Shown here one piece after another: positions 50,705 to 58,689 of a stretch of 64,000 nt of DNA; within the stretch, counting starts at the first letter, position 1; each line of letters begins with the position of its first letter. The stretch is from the NCBI GenBank assembly GCA_002840365.1, contig PHAO01000001.1, positions 239,242-303,241 of the forward strand, given 5' to 3'. The DNA comes from Candidatus Dojkabacteria bacterium HGW-Dojkabacteria-1 (GTDB lineage: Bacteria; Patescibacteriota; Dojkabacteria; SC72). The position numbers were made by a program, and so were the translations under genes. The notes under the pieces were generated by a model. The model did no database searches. It was not told the origin of the DNA and saw nothing but the letters and a program-made list of their open reading frames with translations.

Positions 50705-51779
50705 GGAAATATTAAAAGAGAAACCATTAATACTTGCAATAGATACAAGTTGCGATGATACCTCTGTTGCACTACTTAGAGGGAGAGAGGTATTAAATAG
50801 TGAGCTTTCATCTCAGATAGAGTTACATTCTGAATTTGGGGGTGTAGTTCCTGATTTAGCAAGGAGATTACATGAGGAGAATATTGAAGAGGTTTACAAC
50901 AAAGCATTAAACAACAATCCAGGGATGATAAATAATGTGGATTACATAGCTGTAACAACTGGTCCTGGATTAGCCATAGACTTAGAAGTAGGTCTTAAGT
51001 TCGCAAAGGATTTGGCAGATAGGTATAACAAGCCTTTTGTTCCTGTTAATCATATGGAAGGGCATCTTTTTTCATCTTTACTTCTTAATTCAAAAGGTAA
51101 TGGGTTAGTAAGTGATGAGGAATTAGTAGATGCATTTCCTGCAATTGCCCTCCTTATGTCCGGAAAGCATACCGAGATAGTGTATGTAGAGAGTATTGGG
51201 GAGTACAAGAAGCTTGGTCAAACATTAGATGATGCAGCAGGAGAGGCGTTTGATAAAGTGGGTAGAGTTTTAAACTTAGGATATCCTGGTGGTCCTGTTG
51301 TAACAGAGTTTGCAAAGAGAGGAAAAAGTGGAGTAATTAAGTTTACTACTCCAATGAAGAACTCTGGAGATTTAAACTTCAGCTATTCAGGTCTTAAAAC
51401 TGCAGCATTGTACAAGTCAAAAGAATTAAGAGAAAAGGGTATTCCTGAGAGAGAATGGATATATGATTTCTGTAGAGGATTTTTAGATGCTGTAGTTGAT
51501 TCTGTAGTTATTAAATTGCAGTTAGCTATAGAGAAACATCCAGAGGTAAAAACTGTATTTGTAGGAGGAGGAGTGTTTAATAGTGAAGAGATACTTAGAA
51601 AGGTTGGTAATACTGTTAGGTCTTACAATCTTAATTACTACTTTCCAGAGATAGAGTACAGAAGTGATAACGCAGCTATGATTGGTGTTAGTGCATATTT
51701 AAATATACTTCAGGGGAAGTATATTACAGACAAAGATGAGATAGAGGAGATTGATAGAGATCCTAGACTTTCACTTTGA
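50691..51779 (+). CDS. tsaD: tRNA threonylcarbamoyltransferase TsaD
   Basis: LAIDTSCDDT, GGVVP, NHMEGH, DDAAGEAFDK, FSYSGLKT, DNAAMI. Confidence 0.95.
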   Translation: MVLTKEILKEKPLILAIDTSCDDTSVALLRGREVLNSELSSQIELHSEFGGVVPDLARRLHEENIEEVYNKALNNNPGMINNVDYIAVTTGPGLAIDLEVGLKFAKDLADRYNKPFVPVNHMEGHLFSSLLLNSKGNGLVSDEELVDAFPAIALLMSGKHTEIVYVESIGEYKKLGQTLDDAAGEAFDKVGRVLNLGYPGGPVVTEFAKRGKSGVIKFTTPMKNSGDLNFSYSGLKTAALYKSKELREKGIPEREWIYDFCRGFLDAVVDSVVIKLQLAIEKHPEVKTVFVGGGVFNSEEILRKVGNTVRSYNLNYYFPEIEYRSDNAAMIGVSAYLNILQGKYITDKDEIEEIDRDPRLSL

Positions 51780-51823
51780 CATTTTCAGAAGTAATAGAGT
51801 ATAATCCGAAGTCTTTTTTAAGG

Positions 51824-51896
51824 GCGCTGGTGGGGAAGTTGGTATCCCGTTGGATTTTAAATCCAAAGCTCGAAGGTTCAAGTCCTTCCCAGCGCG
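51824..51896 (+). tRNA. tRNA with UUA anticodon (ochre-suppressor-like, Trp-like body)
   Basis: Acceptor GCGCTGG/CCAGCGC, D arm GGGA/TCCC, anticodon arm TTGGA-TTTTAAA-TCCAA, T arm GAAGG-TTCAAGT-CCTTC, discriminator G; TATAAT at 51800-51805. Confidence 0.85.
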
Positions 51897-51900
51897 CCTT

Positions 51901-51962
51901 AAGCAGTAGGGGTACATAGAGTGAGGTTTTCCTCCTTGTCCTCCTCAGTACCTCTACTGCTT
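51901..51962. terminator. 15-bp hairpin between the tRNA and convergent eno
   Basis: AAGCAGTAGGGGTAC / GTACCTCTACTGCTT with one G-U pair. Confidence 0.7.
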
Positions 51963-51963
51963 T

Positions 51964-53241
51964 CTATTTCCCAAGACTGTTTTCAATGATTAGGAGTCTA
52001 TTGTATTTTGCTAACCGTTCGCCTCTATCTGGACCTCCAAATTTGGATTGTTGAGCTGGTGTACCTACAACTAGGTCTGCAATAAAGTCATCATTAGTTT
52101 CTCCACCTCTGTGTGATATTACTGCATTCATTCCGTTGTCTACGGTCATCTTTATAGCTTCCAATGTTTCTGTTACTGTTCCAATTTGATTTAGTTTAAT
52201 TAGAACGGCATTAATTGCTTTTTCTTGTATACCCTTTTGAATAAGTTTGGTATTTGTAACAAGTAAATCATCTCCAACAACTTGAAGTTTGCTTCCTAAC
52301 TCTTGTGTGAGTGTAGTCCAGCTTTCCCAGCTATCTTGCTCAAACATATCCTCTGTTGAATATATTGGATACTGTGAATACCATTCCTTTTGTATCTCAT
52401 ACCACTCCTGTGGTGAAAGAGATTTGTTTTCTTTCTTTAAATCATATTTTCCACTTTCTTTGTTGAAGAACTCCGATGCTGCAAAGTCTAGTGCTATTTC
52501 AAACTGCTCTCCTGGTTTGTATCCTGCTCTTTTAATACCTTCCAAAATAATATCTAATGATTCTTTGTTACCACTTAGTTCTTTAGGTATGTATGCCCCC
52601 TCAAATCCTACACCTACAGAGTATCCTTTCTCATCTAATACATCGTGAAGTGCATGGAATATTTCGCTCCCTGCTCTAAGTTGTTCTTTGAAGTTAGGAA
52701 AGACACCTTCCTTTGGAACTACCATGTACTCCTGTATATCTGTAGACCAATTACCATGTTTTCCACCTTCCATTACAAGTATTTGAGGTCTTGGTAGTTT
52801 AAATTTTTCTACTGAGTACTCTTTCTCCCAATATATCATTCCAATATATTCATACAGCTCTATACCAACTCTTTTTGCTACTGCTTTGCAAAATGCCATA
52901 GAGCAAGACAGTATTGAATTGCCTCCTAGTTTAGATTTATTCTCTGTTCCATCTAATTCTCTAAGAAAATCATCAAACTGTTTTTGTGATTCAAACTCTT
53001 TGTCTATGACTGCATTCTTTATAGTTGTGTTTACAATCTCTACTGCTTTAAGTACACCTTTACCATTGTATCTAGCCTTATCTCCATCTCTTAGTTCAAG
53101 TACTTCATTTACTCCAGTTGAAGCTCCACTTGGTACTTCTCCTCTTGCTTTATCTCCACTCCATAGCTCTATTTCTGTTGATATTGTTGGTATTCCTCTA
53201 GAGTCTAATATTTCTATTGCGTGTACATTCTTTATTTTCAT
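51964..53241 (-). CDS. eno: Enolase
   Basis: EILDSRG.PT, VPSGASTG, VGDDLLVTN, KLNQIGT, SHRGGET, ERLAKYN. Confidence 0.97.
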   Translation of the reverse strand: MKIKNVHAIEILDSRGIPTISTEIELWSGDKARGEVPSGASTGVNEVLELRDGDKARYNGKGVLKAVEIVNTTIKNAVIDKEFESQKQFDDFLRELDGTENKSKLGGNSILSCSMAFCKAVAKRVGIELYEYIGMIYWEKEYSVEKFKLPRPQILVMEGGKHGNWSTDIQEYMVVPKEGVFPNFKEQLRAGSEIFHALHDVLDEKGYSVGVGFEGAYIPKELSGNKESLDIILEGIKRAGYKPGEQFEIALDFAASEFFNKESGKYDLKKENKSLSPQEWYEIQKEWYSQYPIYSTEDMFEQDSWESWTTLTQELGSKLQVVGDDLLVTNTKLIQKGIQEKAINAVLIKLNQIGTVTETLEAIKMTVDNGMNAVISHRGGETNDDFIADLVVGTPAQQSKFGGPDRGERLAKYNRLLIIENSLGK

Positions 53242-53359
53242 TTCATTTCTCTTAGCAATTTATTACTTGATTGTTGCACAAAGTAGTTTAGTAGGCAAGA
53301 AAAACCCATAGTAGGTGTTTAGATGGTATAATACGGGACTAAAATATTATGATTTCTAA

Positions 53360-53851
53360 ATGGGAGACAAAAAAGATTTACCAGCATTGATAAAGGAATG
53401 GTTTGAGCCAGATACATCTCCTACAGAAGAGATTGTGGTTGAGGTACAAGATGTAATCTTGGAAGAATTAGAGTATGAGAGTGTAAGTCAGGATGTATCG
53501 GAAGAATTACAAATGGTTGGAATAGATTCGGTAGTAGAGGAGACGGTTGGGAACGATCCTTCTGCTTTAGATTTTCTTAAGGAGAAATTTCCTTCTCTTT
53601 TGGGTAATTGTAATTCTTGGAAAGATGTATTTAAGGAGGCAGCTAGAATATCTAGAGAGGTACACAAAGAATACTTCTTTATACAGGTATTCGCATCAGG
53701 CGTCATCCTAACATATATGGCTACAAATCCATTCCTTAAATCTTTAGGTCCTGTATTAGCATCTGTGGGTTACAGAAACAGTAGTGTAATACAAAGGGGA
53801 GTATCAGAAGAGGATGTTAGAAAAGTTCTTGGAGGTAGTTCTAAAAAGTAG
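53360..53851 (+). CDS. Hypothetical protein
   Basis: 163-aa ORF with TATAAT upstream. Confidence 0.6.
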   Translation: MGDKKDLPALIKEWFEPDTSPTEEIVVEVQDVILEELEYESVSQDVSEELQMVGIDSVVEETVGNDPSALDFLKEKFPSLLGNCNSWKDVFKEAARISREVHKEYFFIQVFASGVILTYMATNPFLKSLGPVLASVGYRNSSVIQRGVSEEDVRKVLGGSSKK

Positions 53852-53878
53852 AAGAATTTGTTAGAATATCGACATCAA

Positions 53879-53964
53879 GCCGAGGTGGTGGAATTGGCAG
53901 ACACGCTACCTTGAGGTGGTAGTGGGAGTAAAATCCTGTGCAGGTTCAAGTCCTGTTCTCGGCA
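53879..53964 (+). tRNA. tRNA-Leu(GAG)
   Basis: Anticodon arm CTACC-TTGAGGT-GGTAG; long variable arm. Confidence 0.95.
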
Positions 53965-53995
53965 GAGTATTTATGGTGTATAATACACACGTTTA

Positions 53996-54072
53996 GGGCG
54001 ATTAGCTCAGCTGGCTAGAGCATCTCGTTTACACCGAGAGGGTCGTAGGTTCGAATCCTACATCGCCCACCA
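53996..54072 (+). tRNA. tRNA-Val(UAC)
   Basis: Anticodon arm TCTCG-TTTACAC-CGAGA; ends ACCA. Confidence 0.96.
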
Positions 54073-54165
54073 TTCCATAGGGTGTTATTTTGTTTAACTC
54101 ATCTCTCAATATTCCTGCTTATATTACATCGAGTAGTAAAATTTCCTCAGTTACTGAAATATTTC

Positions 54166-54221
54166 TTGTTAATGACAACTATAAGTTATATAATCCAATA
54201 TCTCAAACCGAAAGGAGGTGA
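54166..54221 (+). promoter_or_regulatory. Sigma70 promoter and strong SD for the precursor peptide
   Basis: TTGTTA 54166-54171, 17-nt spacer, TATAAT 54189-54194; AAAGGAGGTGA 54211-54221. Confidence 0.7.
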
Positions 54222-54226
54222 GGTAA

Positions 54227-54322
54227 ATGTTTGCAGTGAAGTATTTCACTCAGGTCGAGTCAACTGATGCTAACGCAACTAGCACAGTAGACAAATCGAG
54301 CGGGCAGACTGACTTCGATTAG
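54227..54322 (+). CDS. Graspetide (RiPP) precursor peptide, 31 aa, MFAVKYFTQVESTDANATSTVDKSSGQTDFD
   Basis: Not in ORF track; perfect SD; FAVKYF leader resembling microviridin PFFARFL; TxT...DxD core; adjacent ATP-grasp ligase. Confidence 0.82.
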   Translation: MFAVKYFTQVESTDANATSTVDKSSGQTDFD

Positions 54323-54342
54323 TCGTCACCGGCAAGCAAGAA

Positions 54343-54396
54343 GGGGATGTGGAGATCCACAATGCATTATTATGGCCGACACCTCTCTACATCCCC
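54343..54396 (+). promoter_or_regulatory. Intergenic 13-bp stem-loop between precursor and ligase
   Basis: GGGGATGTGGAGA 54343-54355 / TCTCTACATCCCC 54384-54396 with one G-U pair. Confidence 0.7.
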
Positions 54397-54426
54397 CTAG
54401 CTCTTTCAAGCATTTAAGGAGAAATC

Positions 54427-55362
54427 ATGAGCGCAATACTAGTAGTAACCACATTGCCAGACCCCCACGTAGAAATGGTAAAAAAGCATCTCAGTTCTGA
54501 TGCGAATGTAGTCATATTTGATCCAAAGACTCTGGCGTTGTCCGGTGGCTTTACGCTTTCAGACGCAGGGCTTTTATCCACTCTTGATGGGGTTAATCCG
54601 ACCTCAATTTGGTATCGGAAGCCAAAGTATGTTTCTGATGCTGAGCTAGAGAAAATGGGAATCCCGAAAGATTTAATCTCTGCAATTTCATCTCTACATG
54701 AGGAGGGATTCTCACTAATTAGCGAGGCATATCCTGAAAGTCTTTGGGTATCAAAACCAACTGCAATCAAAAGTGCTTCAAACAAGCTTTTGCAAACTTT
54801 GATTGCAAAGAAGATTGGATTCCGTGTTCCGGAGACAATCTTTTCGACGGATCCGGTGGCAATAGAGGGCTTACGAAGCAGGGTGGGAGACATTGTGATT
54901 AAGCCATTGGGAAGGCCGTTTGCAACTGTAAATGGTATACCTTCCTGGTTTTTTGCTACTGTTATCCCTTCCTCTCAGACAATGGATTATGAAGGTCTAG
55001 GGTTAACTCCTATGATTTTTCAGCAGTTAATCCATAAGCTGTTTGACTTAAGAGTAACTATCATCGGTAACAAGATATTTGGATGTAAAATAGTTTCAGA
55101 TCAAGTTGATTGGCGAACTGTACAGTCAAAACCTGATACTCTATATACACCCTTCGAACTTGATAGAAATATCATCGAGAAATGTTTACTCATGAATCAG
55201 CAACTTGGTCTGAACTTCGGGGCCTACGACTTCGCTTATTCCAAGGAGGGGGAATATGTTTTTTTAGAGATAAATCCTAACGGACAGTGGGGATTTGTTG
55301 AAGACAAAACGGGATTACCCTTATCCAAGACAATGGCGGAATTACTGACCGGTTCTCTTTAA
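54427..55362 (+). CDS. MvdC/MvdD-type ATP-grasp peptide macrocyclase (graspetide synthetase)
   Basis: ILVVT...DPH, SIWYRK, ASNKLLQ..A...GFRVPET, VIKPL, PMIFQQ...DLRVTIIG, VDWR, FGAYDF, FLEINPNGQW. Confidence 0.9.
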   Translation: MSAILVVTTLPDPHVEMVKKHLSSDANVVIFDPKTLALSGGFTLSDAGLLSTLDGVNPTSIWYRKPKYVSDAELEKMGIPKDLISAISSLHEEGFSLISEAYPESLWVSKPTAIKSASNKLLQTLIAKKIGFRVPETIFSTDPVAIEGLRSRVGDIVIKPLGRPFATVNGIPSWFFATVIPSSQTMDYEGLGLTPMIFQQLIHKLFDLRVTIIGNKIFGCKIVSDQVDWRTVQSKPDTLYTPFELDRNIIEKCLLMNQQLGLNFGAYDFAYSKEGEYVFLEINPNGQWGFVEDKTGLPLSKTMAELLTGSL

Positions 55363-55397
55363 ATGTGCTGGGGGAAAGCTTTTGGTATAATACTCCA

Positions 55398-55949
55398 ATG
55401 AAACAAAGCTATCCCCCAGTCACAACTGCGACGAAAAAAATCGCAAAAAGATTAATTGAAATGGCAAAGCAAGACCAATTGGTTCGCGATAAATATTTAT
55501 CAAAAAGTGGAAAAAAATATTTAGATCAGATGTCGAAGGTTGATGAAATGAATAGAAAAGAGTTTAAAAGAATTTTCAAACAAACAGGGTTAATTACTTC
55601 TGAATATGGTGAAGAAGCTCAAATGGCGGCCTTTTTAATTGTTCAACATATGCCAAGAGAAGAAGTTGAATTGATGAAAGAATATCTTTCATTAATGAGA
55701 AAGAATATGACGGGTTACCCTCCAAATATATATGCAATGTTAACCGATAGAGTAAGAAATTGGGAAGGAAAGAAACAGTTGTATGGAACTCAATTTGTAT
55801 CGGTAGAAGGAAAAGAGAATATATACAAAATGAAGGATATATATAAACCGAAAGAGGTAGATAAAAGAAGGCTTGAGATAGGTTTGGAACCTTTAGAAGT
55901 GTATATGGATAATCTAGCGAAAGAGAAGGGGGTAACTTTAATTTCTTAA
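55398..55949 (+). CDS. DUF6624-like protein
   Basis: M...DQ..R, D..N, AAFLIVQH, AMLTDR...QLYGTQF, VDKRR..IGL.PL; leaderless start 6 nt after TATAAT. Confidence 0.75.
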   Translation: MKQSYPPVTTATKKIAKRLIEMAKQDQLVRDKYLSKSGKKYLDQMSKVDEMNRKEFKRIFKQTGLITSEYGEEAQMAAFLIVQHMPREEVELMKEYLSLMRKNMTGYPPNIYAMLTDRVRNWEGKKQLYGTQFVSVEGKENIYKMKDIYKPKEVDKRRLEIGLEPLEVYMDNLAKEKGVTLIS

Positions 55950-56030
55950 GCAAGTAATTTCTAAGGTATGTTTCTGATACAATTGTAGTTTTATTAATAC
56001 ATCCTACTATTTTAGTTTATACATTTCCCT

Positions 56031-56441
56031 ATGGCTGATATTAAAGATGACATTGAAAAAGGTGATGATTATATATGGGAATGGGCTGAACCAGGGCGTA
56101 TTGATGGTACTAGCCTCATTATCCTTAACGAAAATCTTGCAGCGGCAATGGGTATCGCGAATAGTGTTTTTCCAGTTCTAGAGGGTAAAGAATCTGAGAA
56201 TTTAAACAAATTTGTTCGTAAATTCTATCAAGAAAATATTTTAGAAATAGAGAATTTAGATTTACTTGTACAGAACCTTTTTCTTCTTCGATCTATTGAT
56301 TTACAAATGAGAGAGACAAAGGAATTGTTAAAAAGAGAAATAATGCTCAACTGTGCTCAGGTTGCTCTTACAGACATATTGCTATTAATAGCTGATAATC
56401 CAAGTCTTTTTGCTGAGATAGATAATAGAATGAAATATTAG
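56031..56441 (+). CDS. Hypothetical protein
   Basis: 136-aa ORF. Confidence 0.55.
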   Translation: MADIKDDIEKGDDYIWEWAEPGRIDGTSLIILNENLAAAMGIANSVFPVLEGKESENLNKFVRKFYQENILEIENLDLLVQNLFLLRSIDLQMRETKELLKREIMLNCAQVALTDILLLIADNPSLFAEIDNRMKY

Positions 56442-56522
56442 TTTTGACTCATTTAGTATATCTGTGTATATTTTAATAATATCTGTCTTACCAGATAGTA
56501 TAAATTTATACATAGATAATAT

Positions 56523-57959
56523 ATGGATTCCAGTTTTACAAGTTTTCTTACCATTTCATATCAGGAATTAGAAAAATTAAATCTAAAGGCTAAGAAAAAA
56601 AGAAAGAATAGGGCATTAGTTAATGAAAAAGCTTTAGAAAAAGAGTATAGGGAATATTTAGAAAAAACAGAAAGTATAAAGGCAGTAACAGTAGCATTCT
56701 CAGATTTGGAAGGAAGGTTTCATATGCTTGACTATGACAAAAAATTTTTACTTGAATCAAGTAATAACTTAACATTTGATGGTTCTTCTGTTAGAGGGTT
56801 TAGTAGTGTAGATGAATCTGATTTAAGATTAAGATTAGATTGGGCCTCTTTTTACTGGTTACCTGCAGATATATTTGGAGCAGGAAAGGTGGCAATATTT
56901 GCAGATATCTGTACTAGAGAAGGAGAAATTCATTCTTCGGATTTCAGAGCAAGATTAAAAGTATTGCTAAAGGATCTTTACAAGAAGAAAATGGAAATAA
57001 ATGTAGGAAATGAATTAGAAGGGTTTCTTTTTGAAGGTGTTGATGCAGAGATGCACTTCAGAGAAAGTAAAGGTTTTAAATTGGTATCTTTGGGTGGTTA
57101 CTACCACTCTTTACCAAAAGACAAACTAAGACTCTTTATCGATTCTGTTGCAGAGGCACAAAGGGCTCTGGGTTTTGAGAATGAGAAAGATCATCCAGAG
57201 GTAGCTCCATCTCAGTTTGAGCTAAATTACAAGTATACAGATGCTATCAATGCAGCAGATCAGATTCAGCTTTACAAAATGATAGCAAGACAAATTGCTG
57301 AGAATATGGGATGTACAGCATGTTTTCTCCCTAAGCCTTTGACTAATATCAATGGTAGTGGAATGCATACCAATATTTCAATATTAAAGAATGGCAAGAA
57401 TTCCTTCTATACGAAAAATGGTATAGAGACCCTTTCTAAATTTGCAAAAGATTTCATAGATAGGGTATTGGCAAATGCAACAGATATTTGTTTAGTATTA
57501 AATTCAAGTGTTAATTCATACAGAAGGTTAGATCCTAATTTTGAAGCACCTAATCAGATTAAGTGTTCTGCTGTCGATAGATCTGCAATGATTAGAATAC
57601 CTACTGGGAATGAAAACTCTACTCGTATTGAAGTAAGATCTGTTGGTTCTGATACTAATCCATATCTTTTAACATATACCTTGTTGAAGATTGGGTTGGA
57701 AGGCCCTAAAACAGAGATAGACGAATCTAAGAGACAAAGAACTAGAGTATTGCCTGGTAATATCCATGATTCTCTTAGAATCTTTAAGGCAAGTGATTTA
57801 ATGACAGAAGTCCTTGGTGAAGATGCAAAAGAAAGATATGCAAATCTTAAAGAGAAGGTTGCAGACAGGGCTCACAAGGAATTAGGTAAGAGTATAAAGA
57901 AGTCTGAGGTTATATATCATCACGAAATAACTAATCAGTATCTTTGGAATCAGTTTTAA
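56523..57959 (+). CDS. glnA: Glutamine synthetase (type I)
   Basis: FDGSSVRGF, HPEVAPSQFE, PKP...NGSGMH, NSYRRL.P.FEAP, RIEVRS. Confidence 0.92.
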   Translation: MDSSFTSFLTISYQELEKLNLKAKKKRKNRALVNEKALEKEYREYLEKTESIKAVTVAFSDLEGRFHMLDYDKKFLLESSNNLTFDGSSVRGFSSVDESDLRLRLDWASFYWLPADIFGAGKVAIFADICTREGEIHSSDFRARLKVLLKDLYKKKMEINVGNELEGFLFEGVDAEMHFRESKGFKLVSLGGYYHSLPKDKLRLFIDSVAEAQRALGFENEKDHPEVAPSQFELNYKYTDAINAADQIQLYKMIARQIAENMGCTACFLPKPLTNINGSGMHTNISILKNGKNSFYTKNGIETLSKFAKDFIDRVLANATDICLVLNSSVNSYRRLDPNFEAPNQIKCSAVDRSAMIRIPTGNENSTRIEVRSVGSDTNPYLLTYTLLKIGLEGPKTEIDESKRQRTRVLPGNIHDSLRIFKASDLMTEVLGEDAKERYANLKEKVADRAHKELGKSIKKSEVIYHHEITNQYLWNQF

Positions 57960-58019
57960 ATTGATTAAAAATGTTTTCTGTAATATATTCTTAGGGTATA
58001 TAACCTGAGAGCTAAATAC

Positions 58020-58655
58020 ATGGAAACAAAAATAGACCTAGATAGGTATCGAAGTTACTATGAGAAATTTGATATAGGGCATGGATGGGGACATATTGAA
58101 TCTGTGAGAAATTTTGCACTAGAACTGGGTAAAAAATACTGTCCAGAGAAACTAGAATTACTTTGGGTTGCAGCAACACTACATGATATTGGTCTATCAG
58201 TCTCAAGAGAGAATCACGAAAACGATGGTGCAGATATGATATTAAAGGATGAAGAATTAAGAAAGTACTATACTCAAAAAGAGATTGAAGAGATAGCAAA
58301 TGCTGTAAGACAACATAGGGCATCATGTGGTAATCCTCAAACAGACTTTGAAAAGATAATTAGTGATGCAGATAAGGTATCTGATGATACAAATAGTGCA
58401 TTTCAAAGAGCATACTATTGGGGTAAGGAGAAGCTTCCTCAGGTAAACCATGAAGGACAACTACTAAGGGCTGCATATCATCTACATGAAAAATTCGGTA
58501 AGAGTGGTACAGGTAGAAGATTGTATTTCAAAGAGAGTATTGAGAAGATAGATTCTGTATATGACCCTATCTTCGAAGCATTAGAGAGTTATGACTTAAA
58601 GAAGTTAGAAAGTTTTTTAAAGTTGTTTGAAATTGATAAAGGTTTCTTTTTGTAA
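58020..58655 (+). CDS. HD-domain phosphohydrolase
   Basis: H...H, LHDIG, H...GA, DADK. Confidence 0.88.
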   Translation: METKIDLDRYRSYYEKFDIGHGWGHIESVRNFALELGKKYCPEKLELLWVAATLHDIGLSVSRENHENDGADMILKDEELRKYYTQKEIEEIANAVRQHRASCGNPQTDFEKIISDADKVSDDTNSAFQRAYYWGKEKLPQVNHEGQLLRAAYHLHEKFGKSGTGRRLYFKESIEKIDSVYDPIFEALESYDLKKLESFLKLFEIDKGFFL

Positions 58656-58689
58656 TATATTTAAATGGATAACATAAATCTTTTTAAGT

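Noticed and set aside
54082-54267. 61-aa ORF in the track upstream of the ATP-grasp gene
   Set aside because: No RBS; it runs through the promoter and SD of the better supported 54227-54322 ORF in another frame.
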